A DNA stretch of 32,000 bases, from assembly GCA_041494705.1 (NCBI GenBank), contig JBGQBI010000002.1, forward strand, positions 30,001 to 62,000. Direction: 5' to 3'. The stretch comes from Candidatus Methanoperedens sp. (lineage in GTDB: Archaea > Halobacteriota > Methanosarcinia > Methanosarcinales > Methanoperedenaceae). Position 1 is the stretch's first letter. Every line of letters begins with the position of its first letter. The notes beneath the pieces are model-generated. The model was not told where the DNA came from. It searched no databases and saw nothing but the letters and a program-made list of their open reading frames with translations. The position numbers were made by a program, and so were the translations under genes. Positions 18,450 to 26,186 of this stretch are shown one piece after another.

Positions 18450-19670
18450 GTGATAGAAAAAACCATTGCAGGATTGAAAGTTGGAGACAATCAACCTGTA
18501 AGAGTAATGGGTGTAATAAATCTAAGCAGCGAGTCTTTTTATAAAGGTTCTGTTGTTCTTTCGGGTTCTGTTCTTGATGCTGCCCAAAAGATGATGGATG
18601 AAGGGGCAGATTTTATTGATGTGGGCGCCCGTTCCACATGGCCGCTTGCCCATAAAATCTCAAAGGAAGAAGAACGGTCGCGGCTCATTCCGGCAATCAA
18701 GAAATTGCAGGATATTGCTGTTCCTGTATCCGTGGACACGATGTTCGCGGATATAGCCGGGGAAGCGCTTGACGCGGGTGCAGAAATTATCAATGATGTC
18801 AGCGGTTTTACAGCAGATCCAAAAATGATTGAAGTTTCAAAACATCATAATTGTCCGGTGATATTGATGGCCAGCAATAAAGTCCCGGGCGACCCTGTTG
18901 GCATGGATGCGGTGATGGACTCACTTGTTAGAATAATATCCAGAGCCGAAAACGAGGGAATAGCGCCGGATAACATTATCATAGACCCTGCCATCGGGAA
19001 GTGGACTCCAGGGAAACTCCCGATATACGATTATGAGACAATAGACACAATCCAGCGGCTTCGTATTTTTGAAAAACCAATACTTGCCGCAATATCCAGG
19101 AAGTCCTTTATTGGCGAGACGCTAAATAAACCTGCAAATGAAAGGTTGTATGGGAGCCTTGCCGCAGCAGCGATTGCGGTAAGAAACGGCGCGCATATCA
19201 TCAGGACACACGATGTTGCGCCTACCGTGGATGCTGTCAGGGTCGCGGAGAGGGTAAGGGCAAGAACACCGGCGGTTAGTTCAGGCGGTTATGAAGCCGA
19301 ATTGCTTGAGATAATAAATAAAGAGGACTGCGCAAGAGCAATGCGTTCCATCGGAGCGACGGAAGCTGGCAGCCATGTCATGAAGAATAAAACGGTTTTG
19401 TATAATATCATGCTGAAGAACATAACTGCAACAGAAGCATTGATAATAAAACAGGAAATGCTTGCAAGGGGAGGGGATGCGGCTCTCCCGCGCGAGGCTG
19501 TATCCCATGAAATTGATAGGGTAAATATTGTCATAATGGGGACACAGCTCCAGATTGAGAGGCTTATTATAAAAATCAAACACCAGGTAAGAGAATTGCC
19601 TTTGATTGCGGAAATGCTCAATGAACTAATAAACAAGAAAAACGATGAGGTTTTTGGATATTCAAGATAA
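18450..19670 (+). CDS. Dihydropteroate synthase-like pterin-binding protein with C-terminal extension of about 125 aa
   Basis: 406 aa with a GTG start; an in-frame TAA lies two codons upstream. DHPS-type motifs: VMGVINLSSESF, GADFIDVGARST, VSVDT, INDVSG, IRTHDV. Residues 281-406 are an extra domain I cannot name. Confidence 0.75.
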   Translation: MIEKTIAGLKVGDNQPVRVMGVINLSSESFYKGSVVLSGSVLDAAQKMMDEGADFIDVGARSTWPLAHKISKEEERSRLIPAIKKLQDIAVPVSVDTMFADIAGEALDAGAEIINDVSGFTADPKMIEVSKHHNCPVILMASNKVPGDPVGMDAVMDSLVRIISRAENEGIAPDNIIIDPAIGKWTPGKLPIYDYETIDTIQRLRIFEKPILAAISRKSFIGETLNKPANERLYGSLAAAAIAVRNGAHIIRTHDVAPTVDAVRVAERVRARTPAVSSGGYEAELLEIINKEDCARAMRSIGATEAGSHVMKNKTVLYNIMLKNITATEALIIKQEMLARGGDAALPREAVSHEIDRVNIVIMGTQLQIERLIIKIKHQVRELPLIAEMLNELINKKNDEVFGYSR

Positions 19671-19672
19671 AA

Positions 19673-20299
19673 ATGATAATTTCAAGCCAGAAAGAATTTA
19701 AAGAAATCCTCCGGGCGCTCAAAGAGAAAAATATATTCATAATCGGGTGCGGGAAATGCGCAACAAAGCTCCATGTCGGCGGCGAACCCGAAGTCCTCGA
19801 AATGCAAAAAAGACTCATAAGAGCCGGGAAAAACATTGTCGGATGGACGGTCCTGAGTTCTGCCTGCAATATCAGTTCGTGGGACGATGTGCTCACCCAG
19901 AATCCGGGGATTGGAAAGTCGGATGCGCTGCTGGTTATGTCATGCGGGGGAGGAGTATCGCTGATTTCAAGTCTTTCGGAAAAGCAGGTTTATCCGGCGC
20001 TTGATACTGAATCCCTTGGCGGGATGCGCCTTGAAGACACGATGAAAGAATTGTGCGGCATGTGCGGTGAATGCACTGTCTGGGAATTCGGGGGAATATG
20101 CCCTGTTTCGCAGTGTCCCAAGGGGCTTTTGAACGGGCCATGCGGCGGCGCAATGGAAGGAAAATGCGAGGTTGATGAACGCATATGTGCCTGGGAAGAA
20201 ATATACGAACGCAAGAAGAAACTCGGAAAGCTTGAAAATCTTGGGAGAATCCATGACCCTCGTGACCACTCAGGAAAGAAGCGGAGGCAGGCGGTTTGA
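19673..20299 (+). CDS. metV: MetV: methylene-tetrahydrofolate reductase C-terminal-domain-like Cys-rich protein
   Basis: 208 aa with FIIGCGKCATK... and CGMCGECTVWEFGGICPVSQCPKGLLNGPCGG...GKCEV, the characteristic MTHFR_C/MetV cysteine pattern. It starts 2 nt after the upstream stop. Confidence 0.75.
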   Translation: MIISSQKEFKEILRALKEKNIFIIGCGKCATKLHVGGEPEVLEMQKRLIRAGKNIVGWTVLSSACNISSWDDVLTQNPGIGKSDALLVMSCGGGVSLISSLSEKQVYPALDTESLGGMRLEDTMKELCGMCGECTVWEFGGICPVSQCPKGLLNGPCGGAMEGKCEVDERICAWEEIYERKKKLGKLENLGRIHDPRDHSGKKRRQAV

Positions 20300-21165
20300 G
20301 CTTCGAGTCAAAGCTGGACGAGGGCAAATTCGTGATTACATCTGAGATAAGCCCGCCAAAAGGAACCGATACAGGAGGCTTGCTAAAAGACGCAGGCATG
20401 ATAAGGTTTGCGGATGCAATTAATGTCACCGATAACCAGCGGGCGGTTATGAGGATGAGCCCGGTTGCGGCGTGCAGCATCCTTGAAAGCAAGGGTTATG
20501 AAACGATAATGCACATGACATGCAGGGACAGGAACAGGCTTGCGCTCCAGTCGGAACTTCTAGGGGCATTTGCGCTCGGGATAAAAAACATTCTCATAAT
20601 GTCAGGCGACCATCCCGTAAAAGGCGACCATGAAGGCGCCAAACCTGTTTATGATATGGATTCGGTGCAGCTTCTTGGTCTGGTTCAAAAGCTGAACACG
20701 GGTTTTGATTTTTCAGGTAACAGGCTGGACGGCAGTACAAATTTCTATGCCGGGGCTGTCACAAATATTGAACTGAATGAGATTGCTCTTATTAAACTTG
20801 GGAAAAAAATAAGCCAGGGTGCACGTTTTATCCAGACTCAGGCTGTTTTTGATATAGACAGGTTCTCTGGCTTTTTGGATAATATAAATGATACTGGCTT
20901 TAACAAAAGCCGGATTATAGCAGGCATAATCCCGCTGAAATCTGAAAAAAGCGCCCGGTTCCTTAATAAAAATATTGCAGGCATCAAAGTCCCGGAAATT
21001 ATGATTGACCGGATGAAAAATGCCAGGAATCCCCCAACCGAAGGGATGGAAATAGCGGCAGGATTAATAAAAGAATTACATAGCATGTGCGGCGGCGTTC
21101 ATATAATGCCAATCGGGAACCATGAAAAAACAAAAGATATTCTTGAAATGGCAGGCATAATATGA
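20296..21165 (+). CDS. metF: MetF-like 5,10-methylene-tetrahydropterin reductase
   Basis: 289 aa. The TTG start overlaps the metV stop (TTGA). Features: ...FVITSEISPPKGTD..., NVTDN, HMTCRDRNR, ILIMSGD; a TIM-barrel MTHFR family pattern. Confidence 0.8.
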   Translation: MSFESKLDEGKFVITSEISPPKGTDTGGLLKDAGMIRFADAINVTDNQRAVMRMSPVAACSILESKGYETIMHMTCRDRNRLALQSELLGAFALGIKNILIMSGDHPVKGDHEGAKPVYDMDSVQLLGLVQKLNTGFDFSGNRLDGSTNFYAGAVTNIELNEIALIKLGKKISQGARFIQTQAVFDIDRFSGFLDNINDTGFNKSRIIAGIIPLKSEKSARFLNKNIAGIKVPEIMIDRMKNARNPPTEGMEIAAGLIKELHSMCGGVHIMPIGNHEKTKDILEMAGII

Positions 21166-22409
21166 AAACGCAGGTGGAACAGGCGCATGAGGGTACCGTA
21201 ACCGAACAAATGATGTCGGTTGCAAAGCTTGAGAATATCGATATCGAGGTTTTACTTTCGCGGGTTGCAAACGGAAGCGTCGTTATCATGAACCGGGAAG
21301 GATACTATGTCGGCATCGGCAAAGGTCTTGCAACAAAAGTGAATGTCAATATCGGGACATCATCTTTAAAAATAAATCCTGATGAAGAAGTGAAAAAAGC
21401 AAAGCTTGCGGAAAAATATGGAGCAGATACCATAACTGACCTTTCCATGGGTGGGGATATTTCAGAGATACGCCGGAAAATATTTGATAATACCAGGCTT
21501 CCCATAACCACTGTCCCAATATATCAGACCGCTGCCGAAAAAGGCCTTGAAAACATGACCTCCGGAGATATCATCCAAAATTTGAAGCAGCAGGCGGAGA
21601 GTGGAGTGAGTTCTTTTGTACTCCACTGTATAGATAGTAAAACTCTCGGTACTCTGAAAAAGAGGAAAAGGATAATGGGCGTGGTATCCAAAGGCGGGTC
21701 GATTACCTGCGCCTATATGATGATAAACAAATGTGAAAACCCGTTTATCGAAAATTTCGATGAGATTTTAAAAATCTTGAAAAAACATGACATCGTGCTT
21801 TCACTTGGAAACACCATGCGAAGCGGGTGCATACACGATATGCGGGATAAGGCGCAACTTACCGAAATTAAGCAGAACGTGGAACTTGCAAGAGAGGCAA
21901 ACCGGAGAGGTGTGCAGGTGATTATCGAGGGCATGGGAGGGCATGTGCGTGCAGACAGGATAGCAAAGTATGTAAAGTTCCATAAAAGCAAGTCGGATTT
22001 TCCACTTTTTGTAGCAGGACCACTGCCCACAGACATCGCGGTGGGATACGACCATATAGCCGGAGCCGTAGGAGCGAGCATAGCAAGCGGTGCAGGGGCT
22101 GATTACCTGTGTTATATTACACCATCCGAGCATCTCGGGCTTCCCGGCCCGGAACAGGTACGGGAGGGGCTTATCGCATTTAAGATAGCTGCGCATATAG
22201 GCGATTCGATAAAATACGGATTGAACGAGAAGGATAAAAACCTTGCAAGAAAAAGGGCAAACCTTGACTGGGAAGGGCAGATGGACTTTTGCATCGACAG
22301 CGAGAGAGCAAGGTCGTTAGCGCCTTCTGAGGGGCCGTGCACCATGTGCGGGGATTTCTGCGCCATAAAAATAATGAAGGAGTTTGGAACATGCAATTAT
22401 TCGGAATAA
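21162..22409 (+). CDS. thiC: ThiC-family radical-SAM enzyme (HMP-P synthase or a paralog)
   Basis: 415 aa with VNVNIGTSS, DTITDLSMGG, VPIYQT, VVSKGGS, GVQVIIEGMGGH, TDIAVGYDHIAGAVG, CYITPSEHLGLP, and the C-terminal CTMCGDFCAIK cluster motif. Some usually invariant ThiC positions differ. Confidence 0.85.
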   Translation: MKTQVEQAHEGTVTEQMMSVAKLENIDIEVLLSRVANGSVVIMNREGYYVGIGKGLATKVNVNIGTSSLKINPDEEVKKAKLAEKYGADTITDLSMGGDISEIRRKIFDNTRLPITTVPIYQTAAEKGLENMTSGDIIQNLKQQAESGVSSFVLHCIDSKTLGTLKKRKRIMGVVSKGGSITCAYMMINKCENPFIENFDEILKILKKHDIVLSLGNTMRSGCIHDMRDKAQLTEIKQNVELAREANRRGVQVIIEGMGGHVRADRIAKYVKFHKSKSDFPLFVAGPLPTDIAVGYDHIAGAVGASIASGAGADYLCYITPSEHLGLPGPEQVREGLIAFKIAAHIGDSIKYGLNEKDKNLARKRANLDWEGQMDFCIDSERARSLAPSEGPCTMCGDFCAIKIMKEFGTCNYSE

Positions 22410-23143
22410 AAACACCGCTCATAAAACCGGGCGATGATATTGCTTCTGTCCTGGTTAAGTCCATGAAAACTGGCGGCATTACGCCGCAGGATAACGATAT
22501 ATTCGTCCTTGCCGAATCAGCAGTCGCAACAGCGGAAGGGCGGGTTGTAAATCTTGAGAGTGTTGCACCATCAAAAAAGGCAATCGAACTCTCAAAGCAT
22601 TATGAAACCGACCCCAGGAAAATGGAGCTTATTATGCGGGAATCAGATGAGATTCTGGGTGGGATACCGGGGGTTGTGGTGACTATTACTAAAGGGGTGC
22701 TTTCGCCAAGCGCCGGAATAGATAATTCCAATGCGCCGGAAGGGCATGTTGTATTGCTGCCAGAGAACCCGAAAAAAAGCGCAGTTGAAATCAGGGAGAA
22801 ACTGATGAAGGAATACAGGTGCAGCCTTGCTGTGATTATCGGCGATAGCAGGACGCAGCCGCTACGTCTCGGTTGTGTGGGTATTGCGCTTGGCTGCGCC
22901 GGGATTGAGCCTGTGGAGGATATGAGGGGAAGAAAAGACCTATTCGGAAAACCCCTTTTGATTACACGGCGCGCTACTGCAGATAATCTTGTTTCTGCGG
23001 CGCAAATAATAATGGGAGAGGCGGATGAAAGCACACCTTGCGTGCTTATCAGGGACGCACCTGCAATATTCTGCGATGGCAGCGTGGATATACCTCAGAT
23101 CTCGCGGGAAGAGTGCTTATATTTTGCATGTTTTGATAAATGA
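22391..23143 (+). CDS. cofE: Coenzyme F420-0:L-glutamate ligase (CofE)
   Basis: ORF 22337-23143 trimmed to ATG 22391 (MQLFGIKTPLIKPGDDIASVL...) with AGGAG upstream. Features: ...SPSAGIDNSNAPEG..., ...IIGDSRTQPLRLG... Confidence 0.85.
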   Translation: MQLFGIKTPLIKPGDDIASVLVKSMKTGGITPQDNDIFVLAESAVATAEGRVVNLESVAPSKKAIELSKHYETDPRKMELIMRESDEILGGIPGVVVTITKGVLSPSAGIDNSNAPEGHVVLLPENPKKSAVEIREKLMKEYRCSLAVIIGDSRTQPLRLGCVGIALGCAGIEPVEDMRGRKDLFGKPLLITRRATADNLVSAAQIIMGEADESTPCVLIRDAPAIFCDGSVDIPQISREECLYFACFDK

Positions 23144-23180
23144 AATCAGATTTTCTGCCCAACTTGTGTTTCAAATAACA

Positions 23181-23188
23181 AAATATAT
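23181..23188 (+). promoter_or_regulatory. Candidate TATA box for the membrane-protein gene
   Basis: AAATATAT is centred about 32 nt upstream of the ATG at 23217. Confidence 0.3.
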
Positions 23189-23216
23189 CAATCAAAATAG
23201 TATATTAAACGGACAG

Positions 23217-24311
23217 ATGATAATGAAAAAAATAAAACAGTATTTGATATCAATGTTTTTGATAATTCTTTTAATCAACACAGCCTATGGATTTCCAGGG
23301 ATGATTGGCAATAAATCCACAGCACAACCGGATTTGATTAATAGTACGGAATCAGACCAGGACATAATTTTAGCACAGAGTCTGATAGAAGTTGATGCTG
23401 TCCAGTTTCAATCCCAGAACAAATTATATGTCAGGGAGACGCTGATATTCAAGAACTCAGGAACCATGAATTTTACCGGCTCTCTCAGGACGTGGGTACC
23501 GGATGGAACAGAAGTGATAAGGATCGAGAAAAGCGAGATGATGATGGGCGCTAATCCGGAAAATCTCACGTGGAAACCGAACGGGAATATCATCAGCTGG
23601 CAGGGTGAAATTAATGCAATAACTGTTCCTCCTCTTTATACCGTAGAATACGTGCTCCCGGCAGAACCCAAAGGAACAATACAATATTCAAAAATGTTCC
23701 TTTATCCAACGCTCGTAACAAAAAAGCCAAACAGTATCGTGCTTAAAATCACACTGAATAAAGACGAAAGTGCAGCTATTAAGGATGAAAACGGGAACAG
23801 TATCTCGGTCTCAGGAAATCCAAGGGAAGAAGGTAACAGTATCCTGTATGACTGGGAATCCCCGCAATTTAATGAAATGAATGTCGCCATCTCAAGTTCC
23901 ACAGTCACACCTTCCGGAATTGCAGGTTATGTGATTCTCGGGCTCCTGATTATACTTGTATTTTCATACCCGTTTATCAGGAAAAAGAATGAAAAAATCC
24001 GCTCACTTGAAGAAAAAATCAGGAACTCTCTGAAGCGCAAAGAAAACGTGAAAGAGACTGCCGAAGAAACAGGCGGGGAAATCGCTGAGGAAACTACAAC
24101 TCCGGAACCGGTTGAAACGGAAGATACCGAATTTGAGGGGAAAACAGGGGAAGAACTTGAGGTAATGAAGGATGAAACCCTTTCCAAGCTCAGCGAATTG
24201 AATAAGGAATACGAATCAGGGAACATGCTGGATGAAGAGTATGAGGAGCTTAAGAGATCTTATAAGGAAAGAATTGATAAAATTAAAAAGAGAATAGAAA
24301 AGCCCGGCTAA
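23217..24311 (+). CDS. Bitopic membrane/surface protein with cytoplasmic acidic linker and SHOCT-like C-terminal helix
   Basis: ORF 23025-24311 trimmed to ATG 23217 (MIMKKIKQYLISMFLIILLINTAYG, signal/TM). A second TM is GIAGYVILGLLIILVFSYPFI. The tail LSKLSELNKEYESGNMLDEEYEELKRSYKERI resembles the SHOCT motif. Confidence 0.6.
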   Translation: MIMKKIKQYLISMFLIILLINTAYGFPGMIGNKSTAQPDLINSTESDQDIILAQSLIEVDAVQFQSQNKLYVRETLIFKNSGTMNFTGSLRTWVPDGTEVIRIEKSEMMMGANPENLTWKPNGNIISWQGEINAITVPPLYTVEYVLPAEPKGTIQYSKMFLYPTLVTKKPNSIVLKITLNKDESAAIKDENGNSISVSGNPREEGNSILYDWESPQFNEMNVAISSSTVTPSGIAGYVILGLLIILVFSYPFIRKKNEKIRSLEEKIRNSLKRKENVKETAEETGGEIAEETTTPEPVETEDTEFEGKTGEELEVMKDETLSKLSELNKEYESGNMLDEEYEELKRSYKERIDKIKKRIEKPG

Positions 24312-24313
24312 TT

Positions 24314-24907
24314 TTATCCTATCATTTCCAGGAAATATTCGTGGATTCTTAAATCATCTGTCAATTCAGGATGGAATGCCAGGGCGAGCAGGTTTTTCTG
24401 TCTTGCCGCAACGATATGCCCCCTGTATGTTGAAAGGATTTCCACGTCCTTTCCCGCCTCTGTAATACACGGCGCGCGGATGAATATTGCATTGAAGGGA
24501 ACTCTTAGCCCCTTAAAATCCACCAGCGATTCAAAGGATTCTTTCTGCCGCCCGAATGCATTCCTGTTGACACGGACATCCATCAGTGAAAGGAGGGGCT
24601 GTTTTGTCTTTTCAACCTGTTCATCCCCATGTTTTGCAAGCAGCACTAGTCCTGCGCATGTTCCCATTACAGGGATGCCTGAATTAGCGGCTTTCCTGAT
24701 TTCGGATGAGATGCCTTCCCTTTCCATGAGCCTCCCAAGCGTGGTACTCTCACCACCGGGAAGGATTAATGCATCGCATGCAGGGACAATTCCTTTATGT
24801 TTTATCTTTACGACCTCTGCTTCCAGTTTTGCCTGTCTTAATGCCCTTTTCAGGGCTTCAACGTGTTCTTCTACGTTTCCCTGGATTGCAATGACCCCGA
24901 TACGCAT
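24314..24907 (-). CDS. pdxT: Pyridoxal 5'-phosphate synthase glutaminase subunit PdxT
   Basis: 197 aa, MRIGVIAIQGNVEEHVEAL..., LILPGGESTT, GTCAG (catalytic Cys), FHPE. Confidence 0.9.
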   Translation of the reverse strand: MRIGVIAIQGNVEEHVEALKRALRQAKLEAEVVKIKHKGIVPACDALILPGGESTTLGRLMEREGISSEIRKAANSGIPVMGTCAGLVLLAKHGDEQVEKTKQPLLSLMDVRVNRNAFGRQKESFESLVDFKGLRVPFNAIFIRAPCITEAGKDVEILSTYRGHIVAARQKNLLALAFHPELTDDLRIHEYFLEMIG

Positions 24908-24930
24908 GCATCCAGAGTCTCAGGATAAGA

Positions 24931-24938
24931 ATATAAAT
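24931..24938 (-). promoter_or_regulatory. Candidate TATA box for pdxT (leaderless spacing)
   Basis: The minus strand reads ATTTATAT, centred about 27 nt upstream of the ATG at 24907. Confidence 0.4.
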
Positions 24939-25072
24939 TATTCCCCAAACGGTTCTGTCAAGTCTTCGTCAGATACACTGCTCTGTCAAAAATCATCTGA
25001 TATAAACATAGTACTACGCAAACCCAAAATCCACTATTATCCACTTGTCCATCTACTGATAGCGCAGAAAAC

Positions 25073-25083
25073 TAATTATATCA
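25073..25083 (+). promoter_or_regulatory. Candidate TATA box for the FtsZ-like gene (leaderless spacing)
   Basis: TAATTATATCA is centred about 25 nt upstream of the ATG at 25103. Confidence 0.4.
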
Positions 25084-25102
25084 ATGAGACTCTACTTCTA
25101 AG

Positions 25103-26068
25103 ATGATGGCGGAATTAACAGAAATCAGGAAAGCATCAAGACCGACCGTTGCTGTAATCGGTCTTGGCGGTGCGGGGTGCAACATTATAACATATCTTTC
25201 CCAAAAAAGTATTGCAGGCGCTAAAACAATAGCAGCTAACACTGATATAACGCATCTTCTTTTGCAGCGGGCGGATAAATTGCTGCTCATGGGAAAAGAA
25301 AGAAGCAGGGGTAAAGGATGCGGGGGATTCCCTGAAGTGGGCGCGGAATGCGCGCGCGAAAGCGCAGAAGAAATAAGAAAAGAACTCGAAGGCAGCAGCA
25401 TCATATTCATTGTTGGGGGTCTTGGCGGGGGCACGGGTACAGGTTCTGCGCCTGTGGTTGCTGAAATATCCCGCAGTATGGGCGCACTTACCATCGCGTG
25501 CCTGACCATGCCTTTTGAAATAGAATCGCTCAGGCGTGAAAATGCAAAAAAGGCAATCGCATCCCTCTCGCAGACCTGCGATTCTGTCGTATTGATTGAT
25601 AACACGAAATTGAGGAAAGTGGCCGGGAAATTACCTCTCAAGACTGCTTTTGCAGTAGCTAACGCGCTTATCGGGGCATTCATCAAGAGCATAACAGAAA
25701 CCATCACCGAGCCAAGCCTTATGAACCTTGATTTTGCGGATTTAAAAGCTGTTCTTGAAAAAGGAGGAGTATCATCTTTCGGCATCGGGGAAGCGGAAGG
25801 CGCAGACCGTGTTGAGAAAGCGGTATTGCGGGCGATAGCCGCCCCGCTGCTTGACATTCCCGACCTTTCTTCTGCTCACGGTTTGCTCATACATATCACA
25901 GGCGGGCAGGACCTGACGCTTGAGGAAGTTGCAAGAGCGGGCGAACTGATGGCACAGAATTTACCGGGCACAAAAAGGATTATCTGGGGCGCAAAGGTGG
26001 ATGATACAATGACAGGGCGCATCAGCATAATGGCATTATTTGCAAGCGTGGACAATCCTTTTGAATGA
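25103..26068 (+). CDS. Short FtsZ/tubulin-family GTPase (divergent paralog, no C-terminal tail)
   Basis: 321 aa with AVIGLGGAGCNI, ANTD, the tubulin signature GGLGGGTGTGSAP, and MPFEIESLRR. The T4-loop region reads GKGCGGFPEVG rather than the usual GLGAGxxPxxG. Confidence 0.8.
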   Translation: MMAELTEIRKASRPTVAVIGLGGAGCNIITYLSQKSIAGAKTIAANTDITHLLLQRADKLLLMGKERSRGKGCGGFPEVGAECARESAEEIRKELEGSSIIFIVGGLGGGTGTGSAPVVAEISRSMGALTIACLTMPFEIESLRRENAKKAIASLSQTCDSVVLIDNTKLRKVAGKLPLKTAFAVANALIGAFIKSITETITEPSLMNLDFADLKAVLEKGGVSSFGIGEAEGADRVEKAVLRAIAAPLLDIPDLSSAHGLLIHITGGQDLTLEEVARAGELMAQNLPGTKRIIWGAKVDDTMTGRISIMALFASVDNPFE

Positions 26069-26119
26069 ACTTTAGAAACTAATGTCAGGAACTAACACTT
26101 CAAACATATTTTATGAAGA

Positions 26120-26185
26120 CTTTGCGCTCTTTGCGCCTTTGCGGTGTTCGATTTTATTCACCGCAGAGACGCGAAGGTCGCAAAG
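26120..26185. repeat. Palindromic intergenic repeat, copy B
   Basis: The arms are CTTTGCGCTCTTTGCGCCTTTGCGGTG and CACCGCAGAGACGCGAAGGTCGCAAAG with a 12-nt loop. The right arm matches copy A at 25/27 positions and the left arm at 23/27. It lies between convergent genes. Confidence 0.85.
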
Positions 26186-26186
26186 A

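Noticed and set aside
19935-20492. 185-aa minus-strand ORF, and other ORFs overlapping metV/metF
   Set aside because: They are antisense to the Cys-motif-bearing metV and to metF and show no motifs.
24908-25102. C/D-box sRNA in the pdxT/FtsZ-like spacer
   Set aside because: CTGA (D-box-like) tetramers occur, but no proper RUGAUGA C box lies at a suitable distance on either strand.
24480-25106. 208-aa plus-strand ORF
   Set aside because: It is antisense to pdxT and runs into the promoter spacer, so it is a shadow ORF.
25081-25857. 258-aa minus-strand ORF
   Set aside because: It is antisense to the FtsZ-family gene, whose tubulin signature is unambiguous, so it is a shadow ORF.
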